A stretch of 63,909 nt of DNA from the NCBI GenBank assembly GCA_030265395.1, contig JARFYF010000058.1, positions 23,133,739 through 23,197,647 of the forward strand. Reading direction: 5' to 3'. The stretch is from Rhina ancylostomus (Eukaryota). Of the stretch, positions 58,314-63,909 are shown one piece after another (position 1 is the first letter of the stretch; each line of letters begins with the position of its first letter). Under the pieces are notes generated by a model. That model worked only from the letters and a program-made list of their open reading frames with translations. It did not search any database and was not told the origin of the DNA. Made by a program: the position numbers and the translations under genes.

Positions 58314-59229
58314 NNNNNNNNNNNNNNNNNNNNNNNNNNNNNNNNNNNNNNNNNNNNNNNNNNNNNNNNNNNNNNNNNNNNNNNNNNNNNNNNNNNNNNN
58401 NNNNNNNNNNNNNATCACTGCTGATCTTTTATCTCAGTGCCTCTTTCCTGCATTATCCCCAAATCCCTTGATTTCCTTAATAGTTAAAAATCTATTAATC
58501 GACCCTCTCGATCTGCAGATCCTTTAGAAAAGGAAATCTACTGTGAGATTCCAGTGGTTGACTTTTAATTGCCTTCTGAATAAGGTCAGCAAACCACTCT
58601 GCTGTACTGAAAGTCAAAAGAAAAATATTTTTAATTATCCATACTATCATAGTAGTGAAGAACTTCAGGACTTGTTCTGCAAATCTCATGTTGGACACTG
58701 AGAATAGCACCAGAATTCTCAATTGGTAGTGGTCATGGGAATCTAGGTCAAAATGCTTACTCGCCCTTGGCAATATCAAACATCCCATAAATCTTACTCC
58801 AGTGCTGAATAGGGTTACTTCCCGAAAAGCATTTGGGATGATTTTATTTTCCTTTGTTTGCCACCTGCCCTATCCTTCTCCGGCCCCAAAAGGTAAGCAG
58901 GTGAATTTTGGCTCATTGTCCTTGTGCCAGTTCTCTGATAGATGTCTAGTTAGGTGCACTCTCTCTCACTTCTTCCCCTGAGCTCTGCAAATGATTTTTT
59001 AAAAATCTAATTTACTGTAAAAATCTGCTTCCTCCATGCTTGGACTAAATTCTAGAATTCCAGATTATATCTGTGCATAATTCTCTCCATTTACCCCCAT
59101 CCCTCCACCCCTAGTTATGTTCTGCAATCCTTTGTTTGAGGCAAAATCATTATGACTAAGATGCTTCTGTCTTGATGACTGTGTTTTCCAGACCTCTGTT
59201 CTAATGACATTCTTGTTAAGAGAAAAATG

Positions 59230-59560
59230 TAGTACCCACCCTGGACATTCTCTCTTCTCGCCCTTCCTGTTGGGCAGAAGATGCAAAAGCCTGAAAGCAC
59301 GTACCACCAGGCTCAAGGACAGCTTCCATCCCGCTGTTATAAGCCTACTGAATGGTTCCCTAGTACAATAAGATGGACTCTTGACCTCACAGTCTACCTC
59401 ATTATGGCCTTGCACCTTCTTGTCTGTCTGCACTGCATTTTCTCTGTAACTGTAAAACTTTTCTATATTCTGTTACTGTTTTACCCTCTTACTACCTCAT
59501 CCACTGATGCACTGAAATGATCTGTATGGATGGCATGCAAAACAAAGTTTTTTATTGCAA
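59230..59560 (+). mobile_element. Rex1/Babar-type LINE 3' end
   Basis: HPGHSLF..LP.GRR...TTRLKDSF.P followed by 3' UTR. Confidence 0.8.
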
Positions 59561-60749
59561 AAAACATTTCTTCCCTCAATTGCACTGCTAGATTTTGTGC
59601 CCTCCATGGATCTATTCTTCACTTAACCAAGTTTCTCATCAGCATGCTGCCCTTTACTGCAATAATCTGAAAAAATGGCACCAGATTCCTCAAGTAGACA
59701 TGATTTCAGTTCTTTTTCACCACTACTCTTGATAACTCCACCAACTATGTTTTGTCACACTGCTGATTCAATATCAAGTATTGGATCAGAAATTTACACC
59801 CAGTGAAATATTAGGAAGAAGAAAGCATCTGGAGGCTAAACATGATCACAGAGGTCAAATTTGTGGGTTTGATTAATTCACATTATTCTGTGAAATGTAG
59901 GAGTTGGCCAATTTTGAGCTGCTGCTAACTGTAGTGATTGTAGCATCTTGACAGTGCTAACTGCATGGTTCATTAGGTGAACTGTTCTACAGAGGTTCAA
60001 TATCATTATATCACCAACATCACATGAAGCTAAACTGCACCTTTTAAAGGGAAGGTATTTTATAGCCGAAGCAAATGCTGGAAGGTGCAATGTAGGAGGG
60101 ACTGAGTCCTATAGGACTTCATTGAAGGATTAACTATAGATGCAGAAATAACCTTTACAGGTATTCCTTGATTTATGAATGTTTAATTTTTGGATTTTTG
60201 CTATATTGCCATTTACAGTTTGTGTGGGGTGAAGGGTTGCAGGATAGTGATGGTGGCAAATATTTTAACACTGATGAGGAAAAGTGGTAGCCAAAATAGG
60301 GGTGCCTCCTGCTGAGGTCAATGTTATTATTGGGTCTAAAACCCTCAACACTTTTCTGATTTATAAGCAGCAAATGGCATAAGTTTGCACTTCTTAGTCC
60401 CTCCTATCCCCCTACCGTAACCTTACCCTTATGCCTTTTTTATTTCAGGTACCCAAGAACTGTAGTCAGATCAGGCAGTGGAAGAAGGCAGTGATGATCA
60501 ACACATCTATTCCTCAGTTTCCCACATACTACCAGCAGCTGAAATGCTTACAAAATAATTTTGGGAAATGCGAAAGGCAGGATCTCCATGTGGTAAGATT
60601 CTGGGTATGAGTGGCTTGCAGTCAGTATACAGGCTAGCTTTATCACAGTCACAGCTCATTGGAAGGTATACTTCCACTTCATTTCAGCTATAATAGGCTC
60701 ATATGAAGATTTTGATTGGGCAACCGACAGACTAGGGCTAATTGAAATA

Positions 60750-61295
60750 CACATTGAAATTTTGGGTCCCATATCTAAGGAAGGATGTGCTGGCGTTGGA
60801 GACGGTCCAGAGGAGGTTTACGAGAATGATCCTGGGGATGAAAGGGTTAATGTATGTGGAGCGTTTGATGGCTTTCAGCCTGTACTTGCTGGAGTTTAGT
60901 AGGATGAGGGGGGAATCTCCTTGAAACCTACCAAATATTGAAAGACCTGGATAGAGTGGACGTGGAGAGGATGTTTCCAGTAGTGGGAGAGTCTAGGACC
61001 AGAGGGCACAGCCTCAGAATAAAAGGACNNNNNNNNNNNNNNNNNNNNNNNNNNNNNNNNNNNNNNNNNNNNNNNNNNNNNNNNNNNNNNNNNNNNNNNN
61101 NNNNNNNNNNNNNNNNNNNNNNNNNNNNNNNNNNNNNNNNNNNNNNNNNNNNNNNNNNNNNNNNNNNNNNNNNNNNNNNNNNNNNNNNNNNNNNNNNNNN
61201 NNNNNNNNNNNNNNNNNNNNNNNNNNNNNNNNNNNNNNNNNNNNNNNNNNNNNNNNAAATGACCTAGTTCTGCTCCAATGTCTTACAGTCTTATG
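60750..61295 (+). mobile_element. CR1 3' portion (partly gap)
   Basis: FWVPYLRKDVLALETVQRRFTRMI and DVERMFPVVGESRTRGHSLRI. Confidence 0.9.
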
Positions 61296-61959
61296 GAAAT
61301 TCTTTGTTCACTAGGAAGCCTGCCAGAAAATCTGACTTCAGTATCTTGGAGGACGGAGAGTCCAGTGTCAATCTGGTGCAGTTTGGAGCTCATACTTTGC
61401 AACCTGTAAGTGGTACCCAATTCTATTGCATACTCTAGAAACTAACAATGATGCATCATTATTTGCAGCGCCAGCAGCAACCAACAATTGGGTGGAAGCT
61501 CAGATGTGCTGCCATCATGACTCTGCACTACTTTGTGAAAGGGGACTTGCATGGTCTCACAACAATCCAGCAATCAGTCTTCCAGCAGTGGCAGCAATTC
61601 CATGATGCCTAAAACTGCTGTCTTCTTAGGTGGATGACATTTGCCCTCTCACTCTATGCAATCAGCTTGTGCCCTTATGGGTGCTTGTAGATGAGATATT
61701 TGGGAAATCTTTTGCCCAGGCCAACATGATGTAGTCTGCTACTGAGCGTTTCAAGTTCAGGGCTATTCCGGTCATCCTCAAAACCCCCACTAGTAAAAAT
61801 AAGCAGTCTTCTATCAATTTTAATTGAAGAAACCTTCGGTTTTGAAGAAACCATCAAATATATTGGTTAAATAAAATCTTTTCAATTGGTAGAAGTTTAT
61901 TCAGAGTAGTATGACATTTATCTGCCAGAGGATAATTTGCCCATCTCAGTCCACCATCT

Positions 61960-62340
61960 CTGCACTTGCTAACCTACACTGACTCCTAGTAATATCTGCA
62001 TTTTAAAAATTATCATCTTATTTGATATCCTCCCCTATGGCCTTGCTCTTTAGTTTTTCTTAAATCTCTCCAGACTTACAACCCTCAGATCTCTGCACTC
62101 ATCTAATTGTAGCATTTTGCATATACTTCATTTTGGTTGCTAAACTACTGACGTGCATTTTGGACCTAAACACTGAAATTCCTTCTCTAAATTTGTCCAC
62201 ATCCCTAATCTTCTTTAACATTTCCCTTAAAAACTGTTTCTTTAACTATACTCCCATGGTCATCTGTCCTGATAATTTATTCTATGCCTTGAACTCATTT
62301 AATTTGATAAATCCCTTGTGAAGCTCCTGTGCTACGTTGA
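61960..62340 (+). mobile_element. Old L2-like 3' fragment
   Basis: Decayed L.WLP/FKI-type 3' region ending in GTGAAGC; heavily diverged. Confidence 0.4.
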
Positions 62341-62597
62341 ATGTGCTTTCTATTGTTTAGGTGCATTAAAAGACCATAAGACATAGGAGCAGAATTAGGC
62401 CATTCGGTCCTACAAGACTGCTCTGCCATTCAATCATGGCCCTTAGCCACACTTACTAATCAAGAACCTATCAACCTTCTGGTCCTATGACACTTCTTGC
62501 TAAGAATTTGATTTCAATTTTTACCAACAGAGCCACTCCACCCCCTCTACCCACCTGCCTGTCTTTTCGATAGGATGTGTATCCTTGGATGTTTATA

Positions 62598-62886
62598 AGA
62601 TATCTTTATTAGTCACATGTATATCAAAACACACAGTGAAATGCATCTTTGCGTAGAATGTTCTGGGGGCAGCCCGCAAGTGTTGCCATGCTTCCAGCGC
62701 CAACATAGTATGCCCACAACTTCCTAACCCATATGTCTTTGGAATGTGGGAGGAAACCAGAGCACCTAGAGGAAACCCATGCAGATACAGGGAGAACGTA
62801 CAAACTCCTTACAGACAGCGGTGGGAATTGAACCCGGGTTGCTGTCGCTGTAATAGCATTATGACAACCACAACTCTGTGATGCCC
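62598..62886 (-). mobile_element. V-SINE with alternative tail
   Basis: B box GGGTTCAATTCC and V-domain; same tail as 6087-6372. Confidence 0.85.
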
Positions 62887-63693
62887 ACAATGTCATATCT
62901 GCCAATTTCTAACTGCGCTATAAGCTCATCTACATTGTTTCGTATACTGCGTGCATTCAAATATAACACCTTCAGTCCTGTATTCACCACCCTTCTTCTC
63001 AAATTTGTCTTCATGTGCCTGAAGTTAAATTCTTATCCCTTTCAAAACTTTCTGTCTTATTCTTTATTCTGGAGATTTCAGTAACTTGTCCTGCACTCTC
63101 CTTCCCTTTACTTTATCCANNNNNNNNNNNNNNNNNNNNNNNNNNNNNNNNNNNNNNNNNNNNNNNNNNNNNNNNNNNNNNNNNNNNNNNNNNNNNNNNN
63201 NNNNNNNNNNNNNNNNNNNTTCACTCTCCTTCCCTTTACTTTATCCATACTTTTCCAATCTGTTGAACCCACACCGCTACTATTTAGTTTAAAGCCCTAT
63301 ATTTCCACCCAGTATTCCGCAAAATAAATTTATAGCTCAGAAAGGTGTAGCCTATTATCTTCAATGATGGAGAAGCCCAGCACATAGTACTAAAAACAAG
63401 GCAGAAGCATTTGCAACTGTGTTCAACCAGAAGCACTGAATGGATGTTCCATTTCACCTTTCTTAAACCCACGTCATCACAGAAGCCAGTCTTCAGTTCA
63501 CATGAATGATACCAAAAGGCTGAGATCTCAGGACAGTTTAAAGGCTGCGATACCAGATAATATCCTGACATTGCATACTTAGGAACCAGAAGCAGCTGTA
63601 CCTATAGCCAAGTTGATATGGGAAATTGCCCTGGTATGGCCTATTCATAAAAAGCAGGACTAATCAGATCCATTTAATCATTGCCTAGTCAGT

Positions 63694-63744
63694 TGTGATG
63701 AACTAGGTTACTATTGGTGAATGTCCCTTTAAGATAGAGCATGG

Positions 63745-63779
<35 letters not shown>

Positions 63780-63909
63780 GGGGGGGGCGTGCTTACGTCA
63801 ACAGAAGATAAAGGACGTAATAATGTTCTTGGAGAAGTCAGTCGGAGTCAGTCTGAAGAGAAGAGAGAGGGAGAGAGAGAGACACCAGCCTGCTAGTCTC
63901 TATCGATGG
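63694..63909 (+). mobile_element. 5' part of an LTR of the same family as 4476-5283 (runs off the window)
   Basis: Reverse complement of ~5105-5283 (ACTAGGTTACTATTG-TGAATGTCCCTTTAAGATAG...GACACCAGCCTGCTAGT), with an expanded (TG)n at 63746-63777. Confidence 0.8.

Overview
Eukaryotic, AT-rich vertebrate DNA with many N gaps. The repeat mix (CR1 LINEs, Rex1/Babar LINEs, V-SINE/HE1-like SINEs, Penelope-like elements) points to a cartilaginous fish, probably a ray or other batoid (inference). The window holds one complete protein-coding gene on the minus strand, MEIOC (meiosis-specific with coiled-coil domain). I traced 8 coding exons by hand with canonical GT-AG junctions and matching phases: 54638-54633, 50233-50108, 48593-48445, 41308-41204, 35844-33930, 14524-14390, 11422-11242 and 10349-10108. 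Together they give 2859 nt, or 952 aa plus stop. The gene starts in a CpG island at about 54.15-55.3 kb and probably ends in a ~3.3 kb AU-rich 3' UTR. The rest is intron or intergenic DNA full of decayed transposons. I found no clearly new biological system. The best leads are: (1) eight dispersed Penelope-type minimal hammerhead-ribozyme motifs, four sharing a core substitution; (2) a 6-nt first coding exon under an overlapping uORF; (3) STRA8/MEIOSIN-, E2F6- and MYB-like promoter motifs; (4) a possible divergent spliced transcript; (5) two copies of one LTR flanking the gene in opposite orientation. Family names and homologies come from recognising motifs from memory, not database searches, and repeat boundaries are approximate.
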